From Marsupella aquatica (lineage: Eukaryota > Plantae > Marchantiophyta), in the NCBI GenBank assembly GCA_973895155.1, contig OZ316893.1:5656171-5720170 (forward strand): a stretch of 64,000 nucleotides of DNA, written 5' to 3'. The notes under the pieces are model-generated. The model was not told where the DNA came from. It made no database searches and saw only the letters and a program-made list of their open reading frames with translations. Shown piece by piece: positions 1 through 10,816 of this stretch (the stretch's first letter is position 1; the number at the start of each line of letters is the position of its first letter). Position numbers and translations under genes: made by a program.

Positions 1-1054
1 GACTTGCGACGGCTAATATCTTGCAAAAGAGCTCCCGAATACACGAGAGCCTACAGACTGGCTGAAGACGATAATGAGCCTTGACCATTGTTTCTCTCCA
101 ATCAGGCGTTAAAGTACCAGTGAATTCACCGGAGATCAATATTTTTGGACGGTGGATGCAGTGCGATCGCTGTAGCAATGGTCGACTTAATAGCACATTC
201 TTATGACTTCTTCTTTGAGATGGGATAATGGTGTTTCCACAAGCGAGAGATCGGAGTGATCCAATTTTTCAAGGGCACTCGAAACTGGTCACTATCTCTG
301 CTCAGAATGGGCGAAGAGATTGTATGTCCTGTGGAATTCGCAAAGCATGCAGTGTGTGTTCATAGTTGTAACTAATTTCTTGCTCCCTTTAGCTTACGTT
401 GACGCGTTATCCGTCCTAATAACAAATTTTAGTATGGGGTAATGGGATAGCACGAGTCAGGTCGCCTCCGGAGCCGACAATTTTTTTCCACCCCAGCGCC
501 TACTGTAGGACAAGGTGCTCTGTTGTATGAATTTCACACTAAGTTTCACCAATTGTAGAGTTTTCATTCATAGTGTATTTCATCTCCCGACCCAATCGCT
601 GTGAAATATCTTTCCTTCAGAATCAATTAGTCATGTTGTCAATATAGTTCCGATCTATGTTCGAGTTGACCATTGATTGGCGGCCCACCAAAGTTTCTCG
701 CACACCATTCTGAAGACGTTGTTCAAGAAAATGAGTTAAGAGTCTTAGAGAGCTCCCTCCCGTAGGCTGCGACTGTAGTGTCGAGTAGTATTCTCCGAAC
801 GGGCGGTCAATTTTTAACACTGTTACTGTAGAAGAAATACTGTGAACTGTTTTCTGTCTGTGGACTGTTTTGTAGCTGTCTAGCTGAGGTTGTGCTCAAT
901 TTTTTTGAATCGAATGCACAGAAGTCCCGACAGAAGTATGACTAAGCTAGACATCAAAACACCTCGCACGAAAGACAAGGCTAACTTGTTGGCACGAATT
1001 TTCATTTTCACTAGCGATTGGGTTGACAGGAAGTATCACTCGCCCGTTCTCTAC

Positions 1055-1177
1055 GGCTGTCGGTATGACAAAGTCCTCTGCAGACCTACTAAGCTGGCTT
1101 TCGGTATGACGAAGTCCTATGCAGACCTACTAAGCAGGCTTTCGGTATGACGAAGTCCTCTGCAGACCTACTAAGCA
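1055..1177. repeat. 41-bp minisatellite, 3 copies
   Basis: Unit ggct(g/t)tcggtatgac(a/g)aagtcct(c/a)tgcagacctactaagc(t/a) at 1055, 1096 and 1137, abutting with no spacers. Confidence 0.95.
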
Positions 1178-1480
1178 CTGGGAAGGACAGTTGAAGGAGG
1201 CCAGACGAGACATGCATATTTCGGGACTCATTACATTGGGGTCGCCGGGAGCAGAGAGATCAACTCCTGGCCAGAGCGATTACACGAGTGATAGAAAGAA
1301 GTTTGCAAAGATGACCGATTGTACTGGAAGGTTATGAACTATAGAATCTGTTGAATCAAAAGAACATCGAGAGCTCAGAGAGATTCCTTCTCTATGAAAA
1401 AGAACGGGAGAAAGTAGAGCTCGTATCAATAATTCTTGTGAACAACACAATTGCGTGTTCATCTCATAAAGCGAGCCGAA

Positions 1481-1572
1481 CAAAATCTGAACTTGTAAAG
1501 AGATGTGTTTTAAGTTCAATTCAACGCAAAATCTGAACTTGTTAAGAGATGTGTTTTAAGCTCAATTTAACG
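1481..1572. repeat. ~46-bp tandem duplication
   Basis: caaaatctgaacttgt(a/t)aagagatgtgttttaag(t/c)tcaatt(c/t)aacg occurs twice. Confidence 0.9.
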
Positions 1573-2245
1573 AACCTCAAGGACGCGGGACTCTAAGTTA
1601 CACCACGTGGCAATTTACATTGTTCATCTATCTAGACGAAGGCAAATCAAAAGCTACTCACTAGGCCTCCAGTCATGTGTAGGGTCCGTGGCTCACCGTA
1701 ACTCTTACTAAGGGCAGTATTCCATCAGCGGGTCCTCACCCTCAAACACTCTGGCCAGCTTTTGTGTTTGAGGGTGAACTCAAAGGTCCTTCAATTCCAT
1801 TAGACCCTTTTCTGACACATTTTGAGTTCACAAGACCGAAGGCAGACAGACAACAAGTAATGGTGAACCGGGACACTAAATGGGCACGAAATGGAGATGT
1901 TATGGCAGAGTGGAAAAAATTACCAACAGGGAACGATTACAAGTAGCGGGAGCGATTCTTGCAGAACCTAGAGAACCTAGAGAGTAGTTTTGAATTGATG
2001 GATTCAACTGACCTGGACATGGTTCAACAACGACAAGATTGGAATCCAATGCTGCTTTTGTAATTATCAATGCAGCAGTGGCGCATCACTCGATGTTTCG
2101 GTTATGATTGGAACCAGGTAAGAGCTGCTACATTCTAGGAGAAGCAACAGCATGATGATGTCAAGGAAAAGACAACATGAGAGTGACACATAATGGAAGA
2201 TAGTCTGGTTATTCATTCAAGTCATCCTAAGTAAGCTTTTTCAAG

Positions 2246-3384
2246 ATGAAAAGGGAGATTGAATCCCCTTGGTACATCAAACCAGTGAGCATTCAATGGT
2301 TTTATCTGTTTGTGGATTTCATACCTTATGATGATCCTGAGAGGTTTAAAGAATTATTTCGTGTGAGCCCTGATACATTTGATGCAATCTGCGAGATTGT
2401 ACACAATGAGGTGGTACCTCACAAATCCACCCCTAGCATTTTGTAGTTTGCCAAATAGACAACTCTCAGTCCCTAGGCAAGTAGCAATTTACTAGGAAGA
2501 CTTCCCACTGGAGACCAGTTTCTTGGAATTGCAAAGCTGTTCAGGGTTTCTTGCCCCACTCTGATCAAGGTAGCTTGGAAGTTCATTCAGGCTGTTAATA
2601 AATGAGAAACAAATGAGGCGAACAGCTTATCGAATTGCCAGCCGGATCAGAATTGGATGATGTGAAAAGACAATTCCTTGGATGTTGGGGATTCCCTAAT
2701 TGATGCGGTGCTATTGATCGCACACTCCTGTTCAATTACCAGTAGAAGAGCACACACTCCTGTTCAGTTACCAGTAGAAGAGCATAGCCAAAACTATGGT
2801 TTCAAGAAAAAAAACTTTTGTTTCTATGCAGGCTGTGGTTGATTTGAAACTGAGGTTCTTGGATGTTGTAGCTAGATGGCCCAGTAGCATTCAGGACATG
2901 CACAAGACTACTCAAAGTGTCTACTTTATTAGGGATGTTGAATATAGACAAACCAAGCTGCACAAATTGGAATATCACTATCAAGATGGAGAGTTAGTTT
3001 TGAGAGAATGCATACTCGGCCATGCAGGTTACCCCTTGTATCCATGGCTAAGGGTGCCTTCCACAGGGGGATTTAAGCAGAGCATGATTGATGGAATTGC
3101 CAGCACTCGCAAAGTAGGATCATGGCAGTTGAAAGAGCTTTTGGGCAGTGAAAGCAACCTGGCTGATTCTGAGTCAAATATTGTGGAAACCGCGAAAGGA
3201 AAGAATTGGCCCCATGATCTATTCTTGTTGCCTTCTACATCATTTTTTGATTGGGAGATGCAAATATTTTTTCCCTGATATTCTCCGTGGCATCACTGCC
3301 CATCCAGGTGGATGCAATTATGGAGTCCATGTGCCTTGTAAAGAGTATATGGAAGGGGGCCCTGACGCAATGACAATTTATTGA
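2246..3384 (+). pseudogene. PIF/Harbinger (HARBI1-like, DDE_Tnp_4) transposase pseudogene
   Basis: Family motifs in the expected order across broken frames: PERFKELFRVSPDTFDAIC, SVPRQVAI, GFPN*CGAID, SMQAVVDLKLRFLDVVARWPSSIQD, ILGHAGYPLYPWLRVP. In-frame stops (e.g. TGA at 2701), frameshifts and a short internal duplication near 2722-2785. Confidence 0.85.
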
Positions 3385-4054
3385 AGGAGGTGTGATTTTC
3401 TGATCAGCACAAGAGAAATAGAAGAATGTAAACATAGACAGCCCAATTCAAATAAAAGTGTCCACTACAATTGCATTGTCAACAAAATATTGGGGCTGTC
3501 AAGTACCAATGTGCAGGTCACATCTTCACATGATCTACACTCCAGGAATTGATCAAAGGGGCAAGTCAAATCTGTACGTGGGGAAGGTTAATTCTCACAG
3601 TTGTTCTTTGACATTCATAACAAATGCAACATGAGTGAGTCGTCCATGGGTTCACAAGTATGGAGGGGAAAATGACAACAAAAACGTTTCTCATGGTACA
3701 TGCAGGAAAGTCAGTCACCTCGGTTTTTGTGCAACTCTTTAGTTCATGAATGTGACAGTTTGCGTGAGGGAGAGAAACTAATTGGCACTCCATACATTCT
3801 CAGGACCAGTATAGATACTCATCAGTTTGTGCAAATCTTCACTCACACTTGGTCGCTTGATGGTTAGCTACAAATCTTCTCTCACACTTGCTCACTTTGT
3901 GGTTAGATGCCGATTGTGTGCTCTTCCTCTCTTGGTAAATTCAACTTGTTTGATTGCCAGTTGTGTGCAATTGCTATGTGGTGGAGTCACTTCATTCTCA
4001 GGGGTCTCACTATATGGATGCCTCCCCATCACCTGCGACGTTTTTAGAACTCGA

Positions 4055-4292
4055 ACCCCCTAAAATGTAAGAATTTTTTTAATTTTTCAGCCCCTATAAA
4101 TTTGGAATATTCTTAAAATATTCCAAAATTTTGGTTATAAGGACCCTAATGTTCTTAAAAGTCTCAAAACTTGATTTAGAAAACGCTATTGTTCTTCTCA
4201 AAAAATTCTTAAGTTTTCCCTTTGAACCAAAAAAATGACCTTATACTTCATTGCACGTGATGTGCCATTTTTGTGGAAGTGAAACCCCCGAG
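4055..4292 (-). mobile_element. Dispersed repeat family copy (probable non-autonomous DNA transposon remnant)
   Basis: Reverse complement aligns by eye with 44462-44660 (gcacgtgatgtgccatttttgtggaagtgaaaccccc vs gggggtttcacttccacaaaaacgacatatcacgtgc; cctaatgttctta; tattgttcttct). Confidence 0.7.
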
Positions 4293-6102
4293 ACCTCATT
4301 CAGCTGCCAATTATGTTTGCAACAAAGGTGGGCGTATTTGGGTTGAAGGAGATAGTGCGCTAGATTGCTTTTGGGGTGGAGTGATCAGCTGCCGATTGTG
4401 TACTCTCGCTCTCGTGGTCTTCAGTTGATGTGCATTCAATATGCCTCCAAAAACTGAAGTTTCTGATATTACCCATCCCGTTACCCATCTTGGAAGTGGA
4501 GTTGGTTAATATGCAAGTTGGGACTTCAATGCAAACAAGGAGGTCATTGAGATGTTGTTAGACACTACACTTTCAATTGACAAAAGCTCAAAGTCAATAA
4601 ATGATGTGGGTGTGCAAAAAGAAGACGATGGGAAGGAGGTAACTAGTAAGTGCACCTTAGCCGCAATTCAGATCCTTGGAGGTTGTAATGTTGCTAGATC
4701 CTTGAGGATTGGATCGTTCATGGTATTCAAATACTGATTCCCAGCTTCTCCTGCACCAGCTGCACTATGCAGAGGAGGCCAAGCAATCACATTATCATTC
4801 CTAGCAGCTCCTGCACCACCAGCTTGATGTGTCAAAGCTTGTGCTCCGCTTTCATAACTTCCAGTGAACTTTGAATGATCTGCGAATGAACTTGATCACA
4901 TACTGAAATTTCCACAAAATTCCCTGAAAGAACCCAAAGAATATTAATCGACCAGGCCTAGCACAGAAAATTATGACACTTTAACAACCACAACATGATT
5001 GCACAAACAACATGGTGAAAATAGTAAGAAGATGATAGATTTAGCCTTGACAGATGCGGGCTTGCTCTTTGGAGATCTTTGGATATAGCATATAGCATGC
5101 TTATCCTAGAACATGCTTGATATTTTGTGTTGTAGTGACATGTAAGAGAGTAGAACTAGAATAGGACATGCAAAGAAAAACACATAGTGACCAGTGAAAA
5201 CTATAGTCAGGTGCTATCACACAAAGGCACTACAATCTGTGCACTTAATTCAATGTGCCTTATTAATGACACTCAATTCAATAAAAACCATAAACTTAGG
5301 GAATAAAGTCATGAGAGGAACTTAGACACCATGTGCTCACATTTGTTTATAATCATTTTTCTCTCTCATGAGAAGACCTAAAAACTTTGTTCAAGTGATA
5401 AAATTTAAATCATTGGAATTAAAAATTAAGAGGGCTGCCAAAATGAGTTCAAAATTCTTTAAGATACCAAAAAATAAAGTGGCTCAAAATTTATTTAAAA
5501 TCTATATAATACAAAATATGCCCCTTGATAAGGCACATTGAAATGAAAATACATGACACAAAATTGTCAATAAGATCAAATCTGAAAAGTGCATTCACCA
5601 TATTAGGAGCTTCAAAATATCCCGGAGCATTGAGTAGATTTTGCGCTTGGCCACCATTCTCACCTCACGACAGCCAAGATCGGGGCACGAGCCACAGTCA
5701 ACGTTTTGTTATGATTTAGTTGGAGAGATAGAGTAGCTGCGCAGTACTCACCAGCTGGGCAGATCAATGCATGGTTTTTCACCATTTAATGCCTTCCATG
5801 CGCTTCACGAGTACACTCTGTCTCAAACCGTCAAACGAGTACCTGTAGACTGTGTAGACTGTGTAGAGTGCACCTTCAGCAAGGCCAATCATTAATTATT
5901 AGAGGGACTCATTAGTGCCAACACAAGCAGGCATATCTCTTGTCACGTAGCCAAAGGAGCTAATCAGTTTTCGACGGAAAGATGACGAGACCGGCAATTC
6001 AGGAACTAAGGTATGAGTCGATTGATTTATAGCCCGCGTGTTGTTTGTTTTGGTCTATGATTGTGAGTTTCCTTCACGTAGAGGGATCCCACTCGTTACA
6101 CG

Positions 6103-6608
6103 TATAATTCATATCTAGCGGCAAGCCACAAACTAAAATGTCTAATTATTTGCCAAATTGTTAAGTCATTGGGGACTGAGGAAGAGGTAACAAAATTTGG
6201 AATCTCCTGTGGACAAAAGTGCACTTGGACGGATAGAGCCCACAGAAACGAAGGGCCAGGAAAGCGCCCCGCAACGATTTCCACTGACGGTGGCATCGGC
6301 AAGAGAGTACCATTTGTCTGTCTGTTGGAAGCTTGGGCCAAGCTGTAGGAATGGAACGATTATAATTCATATCTACGCAAGCCACAAACTAACTGTAGAT
6401 GTCTAATTATTTGCCAAACTGTTAAGTCATTGGGGACTGAGGACGAGGAATCTCCTGTGGGCAAAAGTGCACTTGGACGGACAGAGCACACAGAAACAAA
6501 GGGCCAGGAAAGCGCCCCGCAACTATTTCCACGACGATGGCATCGGCAAGAGAGTACCATTTGTCTGTCTGTTGGAAGCGTGGGCCAAGCCTTAGGAATG
6601 GAACGATT
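6103..6608. repeat. ~250-bp direct tandem duplication
   Basis: 6103-6360 and 6361-6608 both run tataattcatatcta...gggccaggaaagcgccccgcaac...ggaatggaacgat, with small indels. Confidence 0.95.
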
Positions 6609-7325
6609 GAGAGCTCAGACCAAACACTCTTCTCCTAGGAAACTAACCTGATGGTGCCTCTCTTACGCTGTAGTTACTACTGCCATGACTCTGACCCCGT
6701 GGACTCTACTTCGAGCTCTTTTTGAAATTTTCTGGACTCTACTAGGAGCAGCTCCAATTGCTAGTGGGTTGGTCTAGTGGAAGGTTATGTTGACCAAACC
6801 CACTAATTAATGTTGAGAAAAAAGGGAACCTCAATAGGGTTTTAGTTGGTGGATCTATATTTAAGGGACTCTATAGAGCATTGACAGGGGTTCTTCAAGA
6901 TGTAATGATTATTATCCAATGGTGCTATAAAACGCACTAACCATTGGGTTTGCATTTTGGCATATTGTCCTTGCAATATACAAGAACTGGGATTTGCCAG
7001 ATTGCCACTCTTTTGTGGCTTAATAGTTAATACATACAATGCCCTTTTTTTCTATTTAATACAATATATGTCACTGTTTCACCTCATGGGTTAGGAAAAA
7101 GGGCCTGTGGTTATCTTCTCAAAATCTGACGGCCATTGTCATCCCATCTGTTGACATCCAGCTGCCACTAGCTAGTAGGAATTCAGCATTAGGTGCTTAC
7201 AAGGGTAATGACTCATTGTCTTATATGACTTTATTGCAAGGTGAATGGCAGCTTGGTCTTCAAGTCATTTGTGTTTGAAACCAATGACGTCCATGATAGA
7301 ATGACTTACACAATGAAATGACTTG

Positions 7326-7500
7326 CTTAAACCACAACTTGCCCTATATAAGAGGAAGTGTCCAAGACCTCCCCCCTTTTCCACATTTCAATCACTCTTC
7401 TCCTCTAGCATGTCAGTTTGCCCGACAATTTCAGGAAAAATCTCCTTTTAATGGTAACTATGGGTAACCCATAGCTTTTGAAGGGCAGTTGTGGTTTAAG
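7326..7500. mobile_element. MITE-like element with ~18-bp TIR
   Basis: cttaaaccacaacttgccc ... gggcagttgtggtttaag inverted ends. Interior (tata..gagg..aagtgtccaa; tcttctcctct; atttcaggaaa) is shared with 52221-52432. Confidence 0.7.
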
Positions 7501-8077
7501 TCATCGCAGACAAAACAAAGTTGACTGAAGAAGAAATAAAAAATAAGTTATTAAGGACACATATTGGTTTTGGAATTGTGTCTCGACATATATTTCTACC
7601 TAGATATTGCTACCTACAGCAACAAAGGCAGTCAGAAGTTTAGGCATTCATCCTGAGTGGATGAACCCAAATATATATATCAGATGTTCAGAAAACAACC
7701 AATTGCAGAACTTAGGCTGAAATAGTGAAGTTGGGGCAAGTTTATATGTATGGCCCAGTTGGGTAGCTAGGTGCAACTCTCTAAGCCATAACTGAATTGC
7801 TAGACTGAATTGTGATTGTTCTGGATAGACTTGTGGAATCAAAGCACGAGGAATTCATAGACTCCAGTAATAATAAGAAGATTCCGACTGCTGGTTTCAT
7901 AATATGTTATTAATAAGGTTATGGCTACCATGAATTAATCCTGTACTTATGCTCATAACTATTGCTTAATACCTCTGCAATCAATTGTGCCTGGCCGTGA
8001 AGAGGTCTCTGTGAAGGGCTGAAATTGAAAACGTTTCCACTTTTATTATTAGGATAGATTATTGTTACATTTGTTGA

Positions 8078-8364
8078 GTATTGCTTTTAGTCTTGTGACT
8101 CCAGGGCTAATCGCAGTTAGGCTAACTCAGGTTAGGACTTAGCTTAGGTTAGCAGTGATGCATGTTGTATATAACCAGGGCTAATGTCAGCCCCTAGTGG
8201 ATCTTCAGTTCATTGTTGGAGTGGAGCAAGAGAGAAGTAAAGGTCTCTTGTTTTCCCGTGGACATAGCCTCAGTCCAGAGGTGAACCATGTATTCGTTGT
8301 GTTGACTACTTTGTATAGTGTTTACATGTGCATGGTGTTTCGGGATAAGGATTATCCCCAACAA
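8078..8364 (+). mobile_element. LTR-retrotransposon LTR fragment (solo-LTR-like)
   Basis: Contains cccgtggacatagcc...ggtgaaccatgt, similar to the gtggacgtag...gaaccacgt motif of plant LTRs. Has a TATA-like tatataa and ends in ...aacaaca. Inverted homolog at 10540-10816. Confidence 0.6.
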
Positions 8365-8659
8365 CATTAACAAGCTAGAATAACATTTTTATAGTAATCC
8401 ATCTCTTACCTTATAATACTGTCTATTAAGGCTGAATTTTGTCTATTCACTTCAGCTGTCTAGACCTGATTGTGCCCCATTCACTTTTTGTGACATTGGA
8501 AAACAACCGGATAATTCTGAATAACAGAGGAATCCATTCACTTTTGGACAGAGTATACGAGAGAATATACAGTGAGAACCCAGGTGTGATCATATGAAAA
8601 CTTCTAACTTGCATTTTATTCAAGAGCAAAATTAGAATGATCCGTGCTCCTGTGGGGTA

Positions 8660-9040
8660 CATGGTGAAGTTGCTACTGTACTTCAACTCCAGCTCCTGCT
8701 TCAGCTTGTAGACAATGGTGTAGAACGTTGACTTGAACTCCCGTAATGAAACATTGTTCGGCTGTCCGCTGAAATGTTCAATCTGCCCTGAAGCAAGGAT
8801 AGTCATGGATATGAATTTAGTTCAAGTGGAAAAGAGAAATGGTGAGGCACTCCCGAAATGTGGTGAGGTGTATCCAGAGGGCAGTGGAGTGATGACAGAC
8901 TTTATGAAAAATGCTTGTCTGAGGGCTTTAACTCCCTCCTCACACCAAAGTAGAGCTCCTTGGTGTAGGTGCAGCTGGCTGCTGTCGTCAAGATGCCTGA
9001 GGCTCGAATGAAACCGGAACATACGGCAGTGGACCACTCC
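8660..9040 (-). pseudogene. Possible degenerate gag-like retroelement fragment
   Basis: LASGQIEHFSGQPNNVSLREFKSTFYTIVYKLKQELELKY resembles the I-xx-F-S/D-G motif at the start of Ty3 gag. It lies among LTR fragments and the frame is broken. Confidence 0.3.
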
Positions 9041-10539
9041 ACAAGTGATATCGTGGTACTGGGCACTCGGTGTCGTCTATTTATCAAACGATAACTACGT
9101 ATATTTCCACTTCTTCACAACCAATACCGTTTTAATCGTATCACGGGGATATGAAGGGACGTTATTTGGACTTCATCACGCTAGGAATGAGTAGATTTGT
9201 TTCCCGATTTGTTTTCGCTCCCAAAATTGCATTTTTTGATCAAGTCCGTCGACTGTCTCACCCTTCATTGTTTTTGATCAAGTCCCGTGGACTGCACTCT
9301 CTACTCTCTTCTTGGTCTCTAGTGGAGTGTTGTCACCATTCCTCAGGCTCACAAGGCCAACCAAACCTAGCTTGCAAACTTCTATCAAGAATCCACTTGG
9401 TGGGTCCTTTGACAAGAAATACACCAAAACGGCTACGGGAAGAATACAACAATGAAAGAAACAAGATCATAACACGTAACAAACTTTGGAGAGTCAAGCT
9501 GAATCCATATCTTTTGGTAAAAAAGTAATACATTGCATGAGTAACCCGGCCTCCTGCCGTCTACTCAACTTCTATCTCACTAGGACAATAAGTACTTCTC
9601 ACCTCACTACTCCAGATGAATTCCCTCTCCGCGCTACAAGCTAACACTCCCTCAAAACTAGACTGAGTTCCCCCCTCATTCACTACGGGGGCTCCCCCTA
9701 AATACTCTCAACCACACCAAGCACCCCTCACAAGGTCACAACGATGGCGGCTAGCAGTGCCGCTAAAACCTCATTCAAGGAATCCCTGACCTAAAGCATG
9801 CGACACACACATGCCCCCTAAAACCCTATCCTAACTATGGAACCAACAGTGCCTTCAACAGTGTATACACCAATAGGAGTTTACGTGTATACACAAAAGG
9901 GAAAAACTTTTCACAAAAATTGTGCAGCACAAAAATGTTGGGAACTACAGAAATGTTGGGAACTGGCTTGGAGCAAGGGGGCAGCAGCATGTGCAAGGAC
10001 TGAAACAAGAGACATGGCATTCCATGACGGCCCGAAAGCTCCCCAAAAGGGGATGCACTAGGAGGTCACAAAGCTTGGAAATTAGGCCTGGATGATGGCA
10101 GTAGGTCATAAAGAATAGGTTATAACTTTTTCACAAGATCGTGCAAAAGTTTTTATCTTTTTTCTTTCACCAGCCTCTACACTGACTAATGGTTATGGCA
10201 TAAGACCTATCCTTATGGAAAATTATTATGGACTACGAATTGCTTATCACCCCATTCTACCCGCCATTCAAGTAATCCAGCGAGTGATTCCCCAGGGCTC
10301 CCATACAAAGCCGCACTTGCTCCATAACATGACCATTGCGCAATTATCCTCATTGTTTGCACAAACAACCAAACTTATTGGTAAGTAACCCATCATGATC
10401 TAAGATCCCAAGACCATTGTCTCGACTCAAGCTCAATAGTTGTTAGTAAATAGGTAAGCAAATAGAACCTCTGTTGAGCATAGACGACATTTTCAACCGC
10501 AAGCCCATGAACCATCCAACGCACAAGAGTTGACACAGA

Positions 10540-10816
10540 GAGATACATGGTTCACCTCTACATGAGGCTACGTCCACAGGAACACACAAGAGCTTTACTG
10601 CACTCTAGGTCGGTCGGCCATACCAAGCATCCACAGCACAAGCTCTCCCTATCTCTCAACTAGCTCCGTAACAATGAGCCTAAATTCCTCCAGGGTCTGG
10701 CATCAGCCCTGGCTATATTCACAACAGCACTACCGCTAACCTTAGCTAAGTCCTAACCCAAGTTAGCCTAACTGTGGTTAGCTCATGAGTCACAAGACTA
10801 AGAGCAATACCTAACA
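10540..10816 (-). mobile_element. LTR fragment, inverted copy of the 8078-8296 family
   Basis: acatggttcacctct..gaggctacgtccac..caagag; cagccctgg; gctaagtcctaacc..agttagcctaactg; gagtcacaagactaagagcaatac are reverse complements of the 8.1-8.3 kb motifs. Confidence 0.7.

Noticed and set aside
1055-1177. CRISPR-like appearance of the 41-bp repeats
   Set aside because: Units abut with no unique spacers, there are no cas genes, and the context is eukaryotic
9410-10070. Solo LTR (TG...CA)
   Set aside because: LTR-like composition, but flanks tcctt/aagct give no TSD and no PBS or PPT was seen; not called as a feature
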